From Octopus sinensis (lineage: Eukaryota): a stretch of 64,000 nt of DNA. The position numbers and the translations under genes were made by a program. Each line of letters opens with the position of its first letter. Position 1 is the first letter of the stretch. The notes beneath the pieces were generated by a model. The model did not search any database. It was given only the letters and a program-made list of their open reading frames with translations, and had not been told where the DNA came from. Of this stretch, positions 50,020 to 62,297 are shown piece after piece. The DNA lies in assembly GCF_006345805.1 (NCBI RefSeq), contig NC_043010.1, forward strand, positions 58,962,001 through 59,026,000. Direction: 5' to 3'.

Positions 50020-51945
50020 GCACTGTTGAGTTGAGTTCATGCAAGGCAGCAGTGATTAACGATGAATGACTAAAGCTTCAAGTAGGCATTGCAACATTAC
50101 AAGAAACATGTCTTGCAGAATCAGAAGAGACTCTACCATTTTCTGGCAAGGAAGCAGTGCCTAAACATGGCTAGAGAGCCTGCTGTAGGGAACTCACTGC
50201 TAAAGATGGTAGGGCTCAGCAAGAAAGGGACTGAGTGGATTTTCTCACTTCAAATCCAAACATCTGTTAAGCGTCTCAGCCGTGACAATGTCTCTACCCA
50301 AACTCTCTATGAACGAGTGCTGATCAGGACTCCTGGCCAAGCTACCCGAGATGGCATTGGATTGGCAGTGTAAATGGCAACAGACAACGATTACTTGGCT
50401 TTTTCACATTCCATGAACTGTATGTGTCACCAACATTTACTTCCAAAATTATATGAGTATGAAGAAACTTGCAGACATTCACAATCCAAACATTGGCATC
50501 AGCTAGACTGGGAACTTACAAGACTCTGCCCTTGAGGAATGAACTCATGACCAGATCCTTTCAGAATTCAGACTACAACATGACTCAGTCTTTGGTTTAC
50601 TGCTAGATCAGTCTGAAGCCAAAGAAGAAACCATTTGGCAAGTAATGTGTTGATGTCACTCTGATGTGAAAGCCATAAAAATCAGAAGAGTTCATCAGGT
50701 TCCTGTAAGGTGCCTGCTCTGCAACCTCCCACCAGATGCAGACATACAGAGGACATGGGATTCTCTCAGGGATACTATCCTTGGCACAACACTGAAGATC
50801 TTTGGTAAGAAATGGAGCAATACACGGGAGTGGTTTGAAGCAAGTTCAGCTAAACTTACTGCTTTCATTAAGACAATAAGTGCTGCACAACCCAGGAAAC
50901 CTTCCAACGATTAAGAACAGCAAGATGCAAGTCCCCCCCCCCCCACAAAAGACTGATACTGAACAATTGATTATTGGCTCCAGCATTCAGTCATTATTTG
51001 ATGCAGTTGACATCCAAGGGATACTTGAGGGGACAAAGAAGGTCACTGACCCAACTGTGGACAAGACAGTACCATTGAGAACCATGACAGGTAAGACCAT
51101 CAAAGACTAAGCTAAACAGCCAGAAAGATGAGTAGAGCACAGCTACAATGGAAACACCATTTCAGCTGGTGTGCCAGACATCATGGAATGTCTGCCAGAA
51201 TGAAAGAATTGGATGTACCCCAAACTGTTGAAGAACTGAGTAAAGCTATTGGCTATCTTCATACTGGCAAAGCACCAGGATTGGATGGCATTCCAAAACA
51301 GGACATCAAAGGAACAAGCAGCATCTTCTTTTGCAATATCATTACTCTGTACAAGAACAAAGATAGAAACACTTACAACTCATACAATGGAATCTCTTTG
51401 CTGAACATCTTTGGAAAGTTCTTCATTTGTGTGGTCCTCAACACACTGCAGAAATCATTGACAGTGTAGGCCCTAAATGTCAGTGTGGCTTCAGGACAGT
51501 CTCCCTACAACTGATGTGATATTTTCCTTTCAACTATTACAAGAAAAAGGCTGAGAACGAAGGCAGCTGTCATTTTCATTCACTTCATGAAGTTCTTCAA
51601 CCTTGTGATCCTATTGAAAATCCTTTCCAAGAATCGGTGCCCTCGGAAGCTTCTAAGGATTGTTCATTTCATTCCACACAAACCTGAAAGAGGTCAATCA
51701 GTTTGAAGGCATTTCCTTGAAGACCTTCGACATTCACAGTGGACTTCAACAGGACCATGTGCTCGCCCCCACCCAGCATATTTGCTGCCATGCTGAAGCA
51801 CGCTTTTGGGACTTTAACTGGTGGTGTTTATGTCCACACAAGACGAGACAGGAAGCTGTTCAGTCAGTCTCCATTGTCAGTGAAGACTAAACTATGCAGA
51901 GCCCTTATTGGGGACATACTCTCTGCAGATGATGTATTATTGTCG
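50020..51945 (+). mobile_element. Decayed RTE (BovB-like) LINE: AP endonuclease and RT to the catalytic motif
   Basis: KAAVINDE*LKLQVGIATLQET (APE), GKAPGLDGIP, YNGISLLNIFGKFF, VLAP...FAAMLKHAFG...GVYVHTRRDRKLF...LSADD. 5' boundary unclear (may extend to ~49540). Confidence 0.88.
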
Positions 51946-51954
51946 ATATTGTCA

Positions 51955-52157
51955 AGGCAGGAGGTCTGAAATTTGGGGGGAGGGGGTGAAGTCAATTACA
52001 TTAACCTCAGTGTATGACTGGTACTTTTTAATTGACCCCAAAGGGATAAAAGGCAAAGATGACCTCAACAGAATTTGAACTCAGAACATAAAGATGGATG
52101 GAATACCAATGAGCATTTCACCTGGTGTGCTAATGATTCTGCCAACTCATTACCTTA
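51955..52157 (-). mobile_element. tRNA-derived SINE family C (Nin/Deu-like core)
   Basis: Minus strand: GAGTTGGCAGAATCATTAG A-box region, GAGTTCAAATTC B-box, CTTTGCCTTTTATCCCTTTGGGGTCAAT core. Confidence 0.75.
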
Positions 52158-53039
52158 CCTGACATCCTAATATAAAGCCACTTTACAATTTCTTCCTAAA
52201 TTGAAGCATGGACATTCATTCAATCGTATTTAGCTCCAGGAAACGGTGGTGATTCTCTCTTGAAAAACACTTATGACATTACTGTAAATGATGGCGAGGC
52301 TGAGAGCACCACCTGGTACTTCAGTGAAACGAGACATCAACTTCCTTTGTTGGTAGCCCAACTCCCAGCCCCTTCTGAACGTCTCCAATGTCACAGTTTG
52401 AAAAAATGTAACTCACCATCAAATTATGAGATTTTTAGAGTTTGCACACACAATAATCCTCATCTCTACTACAATATTAATGATGTGAAAGAGTTGTGTC
52501 CCATCATAGACATCTGCCTCTAGGGAAACAGTAAAAAGCAGGACCATTGAGTTTCTTCCAAATGTCCCTGAACAATTCCTTCGGATCCAGAATTAACAGG
52601 TATTTGTTCTGGTTGGGGCTCATTTAATAATTTATTTCCTTGTGGCCTGCAAAACTACTCACGTTCCATTGACATTCTATGAAAGCCTCTGAAACTAATA
52701 ATCTTGTTTATATCGATATCTTATTTCTTCTCATACTTTAATTTTTACGCTTCTGAGATCGATGGAAATATAGAACCTATCTAGGCTAAAGAGGCCAACG
52801 ATTTTTTTCCCTGCAATTGGCCAGTTTACGTTGTGGATTGTATTTTCAATCAGTTTTATGACAAATAAAGTAATAAGCAATAAAAATAAATAGCTGCTTC
52901 AACATTTCTTAATTAGCATCATAAAGTCACAATAAAGATAAAAGTGAAATAAATCTAAATTACCCAGGAATCGAACCTTGTTTCCGACTCCATGAATAAA
53001 TTTTTATTTTAACAGTTGCCAGACGCAGCGGTTACCTCC

Positions 53040-53996
53040 CTTGTTGCTCTCTTTTGTTTTTCTGATGCCCTCCCTCCCTCTCTCTCTATCTCTTTTGTAT
53101 ATCTCTTCCTTCTCCCTCTCTATATGTTCCCTTTTTTCTTCTCTTCACTGCCACTCTCTTTTGTCCTTCTTTCTTTCTCTCTTTTTATAATCATTCTATT
53201 TCTTTCCTTATATCTCTCCTTTGTCTTTTTACTCTCACTTTCCTCCCTTCCTCTATCATATTCTCCCCTCTGTTTTTTCCTTTCTCTCTTTCACCTCTCC
53301 CTACTCCTCCTATGCACTTCGTCATCCACCACCACCGCTTCCCACTATCTCTCGTTTTCCTCCCACTCCTACAACACTCTCTACTCCCCCTCCTCGTCTT
53401 CTTTCTTCTTCCTTCCTCTATCATATTCTCCCCTCTTTGTTTTTCTGTCTCTCTTTCACCTCTTCCTACTCCTCCTATGCTTTTCGTCATCCTCCACCAC
53501 CACCGCTTCTTACTCCGTCTCGTTCTTTTCCCACTCCTACTACACTCTTTCCTCCTCCTCCTCCTTCTTTCCTTCCACTTCGTCATCCACCTCCACCACC
53601 GCTTGCTACTCTCTCTCGTTCTCCTCCCACTCTACTACACTCTTTGCTCCTCCTCCTTCTTCATTCCTTCCCCTTCGCCATCCACTACCACCACCGCTTC
53701 CCACTCTCTCTCGTTCTCCTCCTCCTCCTTCCTTCCTTCCTTCCTCTTCGTCATCCACCACCACCACCACCTTCGCTTCCCACTCTCACTCGTTTTCCTC
53801 CCATTCCTTCCTTCTTCTTTCCTCCTCCTCCCTCCTTCCTTCTTCTTCTCCTCTCCCAGTCGCTCGCCGTCCGTCTTCCCACTCTCACTCGTTCTCCTCC
53901 CACTCTCCCACTGACACTCTCTCCTCTTCTCCCTCCTCCTTCCTTCCTTCTTCTTCTTCTTCTCCTCTCCCAGTCGCTCGCCGTCCGTCTTCCCAG
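53040..53996 (+). other. Polypyrimidine (CT-rich) block ending in a probable non-coding first exon
   Basis: ~960 bp of strongly C/T-biased sequence with internal duplications, ending CCCAG|GTAAGT; transcription start not determinable. Confidence 0.55.
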
Positions 53997-54002
53997 GTAA
54001 GT
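53994..54002 (+). promoter_or_regulatory. 5' splice donor CAG|GTAAGT
   Basis: Perfect consensus, preceded by CpG-containing GTCGCTCGCCGTCCGTC; same strand as the downstream ZNF exon. Confidence 0.65.
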
Positions 54003-54906
54003 CCCCCACAAAATGTCAATTTCTCTCTCTCCTCTTTTAAAACCAAAACCCCGACCTCGTGTCTTCTCCGCCATTCAACATCTTTTCACATTAACGAACT
54101 TTTCACTCTGTCACACATTTAAATAAACAAACACTTTCGACCCTCTCTCACTCTCTCTACTCACACCAATATATACATCTGTGTATACACACACAGGCCA
54201 GTATATACACACCAGTCACCATGTAGCTTTGTGTCTATACAAATACCATTCACATTGTGTATGCAGAAATAGGAAATTCACTATACACACACGTATGTAT
54301 GTATATAGCATACATATAATACGTATATAAGATTTACAATGTATAAATGTGTGTGTGTATATAGGGTGAATGTATAATGGAATTCTTGTTTCTCTCACTG
54401 GGTGTATATAAATCTCTTCTATTCATGTGCACATTTTTTATGTCATATACAACACATGTATGTGTGTGAGTGTATATATAGCAAATTTATATATGTATAC
54501 ACGCACACATCTATGCTAAGAAACATGTATGAATAATTTACTTTATTATATTTTATAATAAATATACACACATCTCTTTTATCTTCTGTGTGTGTGTATA
54601 TAATTTAGTCTAAATATATTTGTTTTTGTTCTGGAAACAATAGACTCAGCAAAACAACTAAACACCATGTATTTAATTTCGTCTGTTTAAATTTCGAGAT
54701 CGAATCCAGCCAAGGCCGGTTTTATATGTTCTCCTTCCGGGGGTGATAAATAAATCACTGTACCCCCCCTCCCACTGGCACAATATTTGAAGGCATGGGC
54801 TGCTTTTGGAAATTATTCATGCTGTTGTTGTTACCTCGTCCAGAGACCTTACAATACCAGTAATACACGGTACATCACTCTCCCTCTCTCCCCCTTCAAA
54901 ATATTT

Positions 54907-55309
54907 GATCTTTTCGGTTTGAACGGCAGTTTTTCAAGCGGTGTCATATTAAATTGTCACCCATAATTATGACCCTAGTATCGATCTATTGCATTTTAAT
55001 CTGTTTTAGGGGTGGAGGTGGAGGGTATCTTTTTTTCTTCACAAATGTAAATAAACCCAATCTGTTTCTTAAACGAGGGACATATTCATACAGCACAGAA
55101 TGTTTTCACCTCAATAGACGTCAGTGATTGGTTGAAATTGCAGAAATTGAAGAGAAAAAAACAAGAAATATGTTACAAACTACAGAATTTTCTCAAGAAA
55201 GCCAAGAGAAAATGATGTTTTATAAACACATTCTACCAGTATACGAAGTTTTAAATTTTTTAGTTACCTAGAAATTATATTAAAAACTGCCGTTCAAACT
55301 GAAAAGATC
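54907..55309. mobile_element. Unclassified MITE, 403 bp
   Basis: 28-bp TIRs GATCTTTTC(G/A)GTTTGAACGGCAGTTTTT with one mismatch; no clear target duplication. Confidence 0.85.
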
Positions 55310-55590
55310 CTTTTACTGTACTCTACTCGAAACAAAGACTAGAACTCGGATTAATTAATGCCTGTCAATGAAACTCATATTATTACCTGCAGCTCACCTT
55401 AATTACTCGTAAAAAGTCTAAAATGTAGAAATCTGAGTTCTTTTTTCCAAAGTATGTGAGACATATCGCAAGTTTGAGGAGTCACCTGTCTCTCTAGATC
55501 TCTCTTTCAACTAACAGCTTATGGTGAATATGTGGGTCTGCTCTCTATGATAAATGCATGTGGGGGTGTATATATAGATATACACACACA

Positions 55591-56325
55591 CCTTGTTTCA
55601 GTCCTTTGTGACCATGCTGGGGCACCACTTTGAATTTTTGTCGAACAAATCTACCCCCAGTACTTTTAAATCCTGGTACTTGTTTTATTGGTCTCTTTTG
55701 CCGAACCGTTAATTTACAGGGATGTAAACACACCAACATTGGTTGTCAAGCAGTGGTGTGGGACAGACACAAAGGCACGTGGCCGAGTTCCTTTCAAGTG
55801 TTGGTCCTCACAGAAGCAGTGACCAAGACCTTTGGCATTCTGTCATGCTTGAGAAGAAGAGCCATCAAACTGAGAAAAATCCAGGTCCCGATACAGGTGG
55901 AACACAAATGACACATAAAAGCCCCCATTACGCTCTCAGAGTGGTTGGTGTTAGGAAGGGCATCCAGTCGTAGAAACACTGCCAAATCAGACTGGAGTCT
56001 GGTGCGGCTTCCCAGCCCTGGTCAAACTGTCCAACCCATGCTGGCATGGACAACGGATGTTAAATGATGATGATATAGTCACAGGAGTCTGATACAGGCT
56101 TCTGCCTAGCCGGTTCCTGTCAAACCGTTCCATCCATGCCAGCATGGAAGGCAGACATTAAGCAATGATGATGATACGATGGGCTTCTTTCAGTTTCTAT
56201 CAACCAAATCCATTCACAAGACTTTGATCAGCTTGAGGTTATAGTAGAAGACACTTGCCCAAGGTTCCACACAGTGGGACTGAAACCGGAACCATGTTTG
56301 GAAAGCAAACTTCTTACTACATAGT
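55591..56325 (-). mobile_element. SINE family A copy with an RTE 3' end (55800-56073, +) nested in its internal microsatellite
   Basis: 3' half 55591-55780, 5' half 56174-56325; insert reads ...CWSSQKQ*PRPLAFCHA*EE / VLTEAVTK then the family B tail. Confidence 0.8.
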
Positions 56326-57405
56326 CTCTCTCTCTCTCTACATATATATATATATAGAGAGAGAGAGGGAGAGAGAGACGGTGGGTGGGTTGTATATTCA
56401 TCCATTGTATCTGTTGTATTTGTGATACATCATCATCGTTTAGCGTCTGCTTTCCATGCTAGCATGGGTTGGACTTTAATATTATTTCCATGGGCCAGGC
56501 AGAATTTGTCAAGGTGGATTTCTCAAGGCCTGATACCTTTCCTGTTGCCAAACTTCACCTGTTTCCAAGTAAGTTAATATTTCCCGGTGACCTGGACATA
56601 GTTTTGTAGAAGGCTGAGAACAAAGGACACTGCTTCTCCGACAGTGACATAACATCATGATCAGGAGACACACACACACACACACACACGTCTTTATGTA
56701 TAAAGACACACATGTTAGTCATAGAGTTCTGATTGGCTTGGTGTGATAGTGAAAAACATTGGCCCAAGGGGTTGGGAAGCCGACTGTCTACATACATCTT
56801 CTTTTTATCTACCCAGTGTGGGTGTGTATGGTTTTTCATAGAATTTTGTATACACACAAATACGTGTGTGTGTGTGTATATATATATTCTTTTTGCAGTG
56901 TTATTTCTTTTTCCAAGGCAGTGCACCAGCATGGCCATGGTCCAGTGACCGAAACAAGTAAAAGAGATATCCATTGTCTGTCTTGGATATATCTATAACA
57001 AGTAAACAGGAGAATCATTTTATGATATCTTGATTTGGCAGAAATAGCAGCCAAATCTCCTTCAAACTGCTCCTGCCGTCTTAAGGGAAAGACAATTCCC
57101 TAAAAGATGGTCATGGTTGAAATGTCTTTGATGATGGGTTTGCTCAATATCTAATCCACAGACTTAACACTGAAAATACCTGAACCATAAAATTCCTACA
57201 CTTACCATTTTCTAAGAACCATCAGCATCAGCAAAGCTCCATTCCTTGTATTTCATTTATACAAAAAACATTCAACTCCACCTTAAGACACAATACAAAA
57301 TCTTGGTCAACCAATTGTCAGGCTACCAAATTTGTGTAAAGTACAACAAAACTGGCAGCTTCCCAAATGGAGTACCACACCAAGCATTCATCCTCTCACC
57401 AACAT

Positions 57406-57779
57406 CAGTGGTTTTCAACCATTTTTTACCTGTGAACCTCTCTGATTCCTGTTTTACTCAGCTGGACTCTCATAGCCATCATCGTCATCATCATTTAACG
57501 TCTGCTTTCCATGCTGGCATGGGTTGGACAGTTTGACTGAGGACTGGCAAGCCAGGAGGCTGCACCAGGCTCCAATCTGATCTGGCAGAGTTTCTACAGC
57601 TGGATGCCCTTCATAACACCATCCAATGTGTAAAACAAAAATCCTATTTATATAATTCAATATTATTAGGAATTGTATCAGAAACTGTTTAAATATTGTT
57701 TATTGTAGAAGTAAGACCAATTTACTGCTCATAAGTTTTAACAACAGAATCTTTTATGGACCCTGGTTGAGGCCCACTG
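57406..57779. mobile_element. Second copy of the hAT MITE (opposite orientation) with nested SINE B tail (57478-57622)
   Basis: Colinear with the reverse complement of 34506-34741; ends CAGTGGTTTTCAACC / GGTTGAGGCCCACTG; target duplication not recognisable. Confidence 0.85.
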
Positions 57780-58089
57780 ATTTATCTCTACATCATCTCA
57801 GAACAAATACACAGACTGTTACCCTGAGGACATTAGATTTCCAAACACTAATACATCATTACTCCAACCCTTTTTCAACTACTTGGAAGAAACTTGGTTC
57901 CCTACAAAAGACACCGACCAAATGTACTGTCTTCCTTCTAAACAACAACAGTAACAGATAACATGAGATGCAGCCATCACACAGGAGACAATAATACTCG
58001 GTGTTATATACAACACTTCCATAGCGTTCACACAGAAGATTGTAAAGAAAGTAAAACACTGCTCCAAAATAGTCTCTGTCTGGTGCTGT

Positions 58090-59160
58090 CTCAGTATTGC
58101 TCCAGTGTGTCTCCCACAGGCAAGGTCTCTCTGTTACCCCACTTGTGATTCCATGGTGGCTTTTGTGTATCCATCATTTAAACTAGAACAGTGTAAAATG
58201 TTTATACCTACACCTTTATTGTATATCAAAGCAGGCCTTTTCTTTGCTAAGTTTACCTTGAGGTCTTTTGATTCTAGGTTGAACTTCCATACCTGGAATC
58301 ACCTTTCTAATTCTCCTATTCATTCAGTTGTAAGTAGATTATCAACGTCTAGGGGTTCCCATGGACAACCAAATTTGAACTCCTTTGTGATGGCCTGTAG
58401 GACTGTGATAAACAGAAGAGGGCTGAATGTTGATGGTTGCCTACTTTATTCTAAATTTGCTGCTAATCTCTTTGTTTACTCCTTTTATTTACTGCATCTT
58501 TGTGCATAGCTTGTACAGCTCTCACAAGCTATTCCTTTATACCTAGTTTCTGTTAGTGACCACCAGATTACTAAGCGTAGCATCTTGTCAAAGGCCTTCC
58601 CCACATCAACAAATACCAGGAACAGTTGTTTACTTTCACCCAAGTACTTCTTTTGCTGTTACCTTACTTGGATGATTGCATCTGTGGTACCCCTTCCAAG
58701 CATGAAGTTGAATTCTTCTTCATCTAAGCCAACTCTATTCCCGATCAAATGTGCAATGACCTACTCCTTGACCTTCAAAACGTGGCCCAACAATTTGATG
58801 CTTCTAATTTCTTCTCTTTAAAGCATTTTCTTTGTCCTTGTAGCCATTTACAATGGTACTGCTATGCTTGTCATTGAATATCAAATCACATATTATTTGT
58901 TTCACTATTTATATCCTGTCTTACCAGATATTTTGAGCATTTCTGCTATTATCCCTGATGGGCCAGAAGCTTTCCCTACTGGCACACACTTAATTCTCTG
59001 TCTGTCATACTGCTGTCAACTTGAATTGCTTGTCCCTCTGAGGGGTGAACATCAGCTGGCCCCTCTTTATCCCATTAATTCTCCCCATTCAACAGCCCCT
59101 TTCATAGCAGCACTTGCAGCTTTGTTTCTTCTCATCAACCAAATATGTCCCTCATCGTTT
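58090..59160 (-). mobile_element. Decayed RTE LINE reverse transcriptase region
   Basis: GKASGPSGIIAEMLK, GRGTTDAII, FLVFVDVGKAFDK, SPLLFITVLQAITKEFKFGCPWE, LESKDLKVNLAK. Confidence 0.9.
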
Positions 59161-59179
59161 CAGATATTTTTGGCTGGCT

Positions 59180-59510
59180 CAGCAGTTTCTTTTACCCTGG
59201 GCACATTTGTAGTAGGAGAGATGGTTGTTCAGAAAGTATAGAAGCCAGAACAAGAATGGGTTTGGAGAAGTTGAGGAAGCTATTCTTTCTACTTTCAAAA
59301 GATTATTTCCTTGAGTTAAGAGTAGATTGTTTGACACTTGTGTGATACTGCATGATAAGCAAGACATGGGCCTTAAATGCTGAAGACCTGTGAAGGCTAA
59401 AATGAAATGGAACAAGCATGCTCCAAATAATGTGTAATGTTAATACCAGAACACAAATAAGCTGGGAGAAAAACCAGGTAAAAGAGGAATCAGGTGCACT
59501 GTACAAACTC
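59180..59510 (+). mobile_element. RTE LINE post-RT segment, opposite orientation to 58090-59160
   Basis: GCSESIEARTRMGLEKLRKL...KTWALNAEDL*RL...SMLQIMCNV, homologous to the 26600-26830 region. Confidence 0.8.
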
Positions 59511-60452
59511 GTCCAGCTCCTGTTGCAGCCACCCCCAGATGTTCCTTTCCTCCCTTTTGATTCCTTATCTTCCCTCTCTGCATCACCCAAGCACCACCTC
59601 CCCCACCAATTCCAGTTATCTCTTACCCACTCTAGACACATCTACCTCACCTTTATCTCAAGGAATGTACACAACTCCTTGCATTCTCTCACATCCTCTC
59701 CCAGATGCTGGTCAGGCTCCTCCTTTTGCTGTCAGTGCCAATTCATGTCTCTCGCTTCCAAACCACATCTCTTCAATTATTTACCAGCAGTCTGACTACA
59801 GACTCTGCCATCTCACCAACTGAGCACACACACACACTACAAACATTATACAAGCCCCTGCACACACACACACACATTATACACTTTAGAGATTACACAT
59901 ACCCACACACTAACACTACTGCATACACATAGTGCAAAACTTGTAAAGTCCCCTTGGTCTCACCACCACCACCACCACCCAACTGATGTCTCCTCCATCT
60001 CAGTTGCATCTCCAACTATAAACTTCACTTTATTCCCATTGTGAGCAAATGACACCTTTTCCCTCCTGCACACATCATATGCACCCCTTAGTTCTTCCCA
60101 TGTCCCCTAACTCTCAACTAAGCATTACACCTGTCACTCTCAACTGTTTGGACCCCAACAGCCATTTGATGTTTAAAAAAATTCCTGTAACATTTTTACA
60201 ATTAATATGATTAGGAATTTTATGCAATAAGAAAGTTATTAAAATATTTTTCTGTATTGTGGAAGTTTAACCAATTTATTGCACACAAACCTTAACAACA
60301 ACGATTCTATATGGACCGCCAGCAGTCATATGAACCCTGATGGAGACCCATGGCATTACATGTACAACAGATCAGACTCATTTCTCGCTAACCCTTACAA
60401 ATCTTCCACACTTAATATTCAATATCTTATACCTATGTAAGTTAAAATTATT

Positions 60453-60720
60453 TCTAATATAGGATAAAATTTTCAAAAAATTTTGTCAATGGCCAGCATA
60501 TTAAAAATACCTTTTACGGTGAAAATTTTATAGAAATTCCTGTCAGTTTGCTTTGAAATGCATGCTTTTAGTGATGAAACCTATTTCTCCGTATATTTGG
60601 CATAAGAATTTTTTTCTTTTGCCCTTATTTATAAGTTGTTTATAATTTTCACCTTAAAAGGTATTTTTTTAATATGATGGCCACTGATAAAGTTTTTTGA
60701 AAATTTTATCCTCTATTAGA
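60453..60720. repeat. Inverted repeat / MITE-like, ~75-bp arms with ~115-bp spacer
   Basis: AGGATAAAATTTTCAAAAAA...GGTGAAAATT and its reverse complement; spacer partly repeated at ~60980-61088. Confidence 0.85.
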
Positions 60721-61475
60721 TGTAAATTTAATACCATTCACTTTCAGACTGTCTCTTACACTATGAGAATTTTCAGTCTGATCGCACATGTCTTGAGGTG
60801 TGCTGCAAAATTTCTATTTGGATGTATTTGAGGTACTTAAATGTACACATGGCTTTGCATATTCTTGTTGCATGTGTGCAAGTATTTCATTTATTTCTCA
60901 ATGTATTTACCGCTGATGGCAAGAAAATTCTTTATGAATTAACTCAGAAATTGGACCGAGTCGGTGATAACAGAATTTTTTAGAAATTTCTGTCAGCATG
61001 CAATTATATGTGGTTATTGACAATTTAAAGTTTATTTCTCAGCATATTTGGTATGAGAATTTTTTTCTTCTGCCCTTATTTATGAGTTAACCTTATGCAT
61101 AGAATACATCATATATGCCTCATTTCCCCTCCTAAACTTAAGTTCAAATCCTAACATGGTCAGCTTTCTTTCCCTTCTTTCCGGGCTCACATCTGTTGTA
61201 ATCACTACAGACCTCTATCAACTTTCTGTATCTTCTCAACTGTATGGATCTAGTCCCCTCCTCTGCACACCAGGAATTATGTAACGGCTGCAAATAGATG
61301 TTTAATTTCCCTGTCATTAACCTTCCGTTAACTCATTAGACATGTCATTAGACAACTTTGTTACCTCATTACAACACATTAAACCTTGCTCATAAATGTT
61401 TGTTTTTTTTTTATCTGTTTTTGTTTTCAATCTGATTTCAGAAGATTTATTCCAGCCTCTGTTTGGTAACTATGG

Positions 61476-61503
61476 CAACTAACGGTATCTTCTTTCTTTC
61501 CAG
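61476..61503 (+). promoter_or_regulatory. Branch point, polypyrimidine tract and 3' splice acceptor
   Basis: ACTAAC at 61478-61483, then TCTTCTTTCTTTCCAG ending at 61503. Confidence 0.75.
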
Positions 61504-61780
61504 GTATCTGTTGCCATTTCTTCAGTTGTGTAAACTGTGAAGATGGTGAAGCAAGAGACGGTTTCCATGATAAACAACAACTGAATCTTTCTCCAAGATT
61601 TGTTTGGATGTTGAAATTAGTCTGGGCTTCATCACTTGTTGGATTCAACAGCCATCCAGTTTCCTAACCCTTCTTCAACTTTAATAGTACTGCTGCTACC
61701 CCTAGTCCTGCTTCCTTCCCTCAAGGATCCCCTTCTGCCCATCAGTCCCCTCTGAAGCAGCCTCACGCCCGCCTGTCGCC

Positions 61781-62191
61781 ATGTTCCCTATCCAGCCAAT
61801 GTATATCACCAACCAGTACAACTATGACCTCACCGGTGGCATCGGGGTCGGGCAGCCGGTCTACCCAAACACCATCAACTTGAAAAACTCTTCAATATCT
61901 CACGATCGCTGCAACTCTGCTTCCGGCACTGACGGTGGTGGTAACGGTGGCAGCGGTGGTGGTGGTGGTGGTAGTAGTGGTGGTAACAGTGGTGGAGGAG
62001 GTGGTGGTGGTAGTGGAGACAAACCATTCAAGTGTGATGTCTGCAGGAAATCCTTCTCCAGAAAAGCTAACCTCAACAACCATGAGCATGCCGCTGCTGT
62101 TGCAGCTTCCACTGCAAATTCCAGCAGCGTGTCTGCAGTTGGGGAGAAACACTTCAGCTGTTCCTTCTGCTCCAAGACTTTTTCCCAAAAG
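61781..62191 (+). CDS. C2H2 zinc-finger protein, first coding exon (137 aa, partial; continues beyond a phase-0 intron)
   Basis: Kozak-like GTCGCCATG with in-frame stops upstream; C-ending codon bias; Gly/Ser tract; DKPFKCDVCRKSFSRKANLNNH; second finger EKHFSCSFCSKTFSQK cut by donor AAG|GTAAAC at 62191/62192. Confidence 0.88.
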
Positions 62192-62297
62192 GTAAACTAT
62201 TTGACATGACCTCTGACCCTGCTGGGTCGTTTTATTGAAAACTATTTCTTTATTGATTTTGTTGATCTTTTGTTTTGGTATAGGTGTAAACTTTGAG

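Noticed and set aside
53016-54122. 368-aa Ser/Leu/Phe/Pro ORF and overlapping ORFs
   Set aside because: Stop-free only because the strand is nearly all pyrimidine; multiple frames open.
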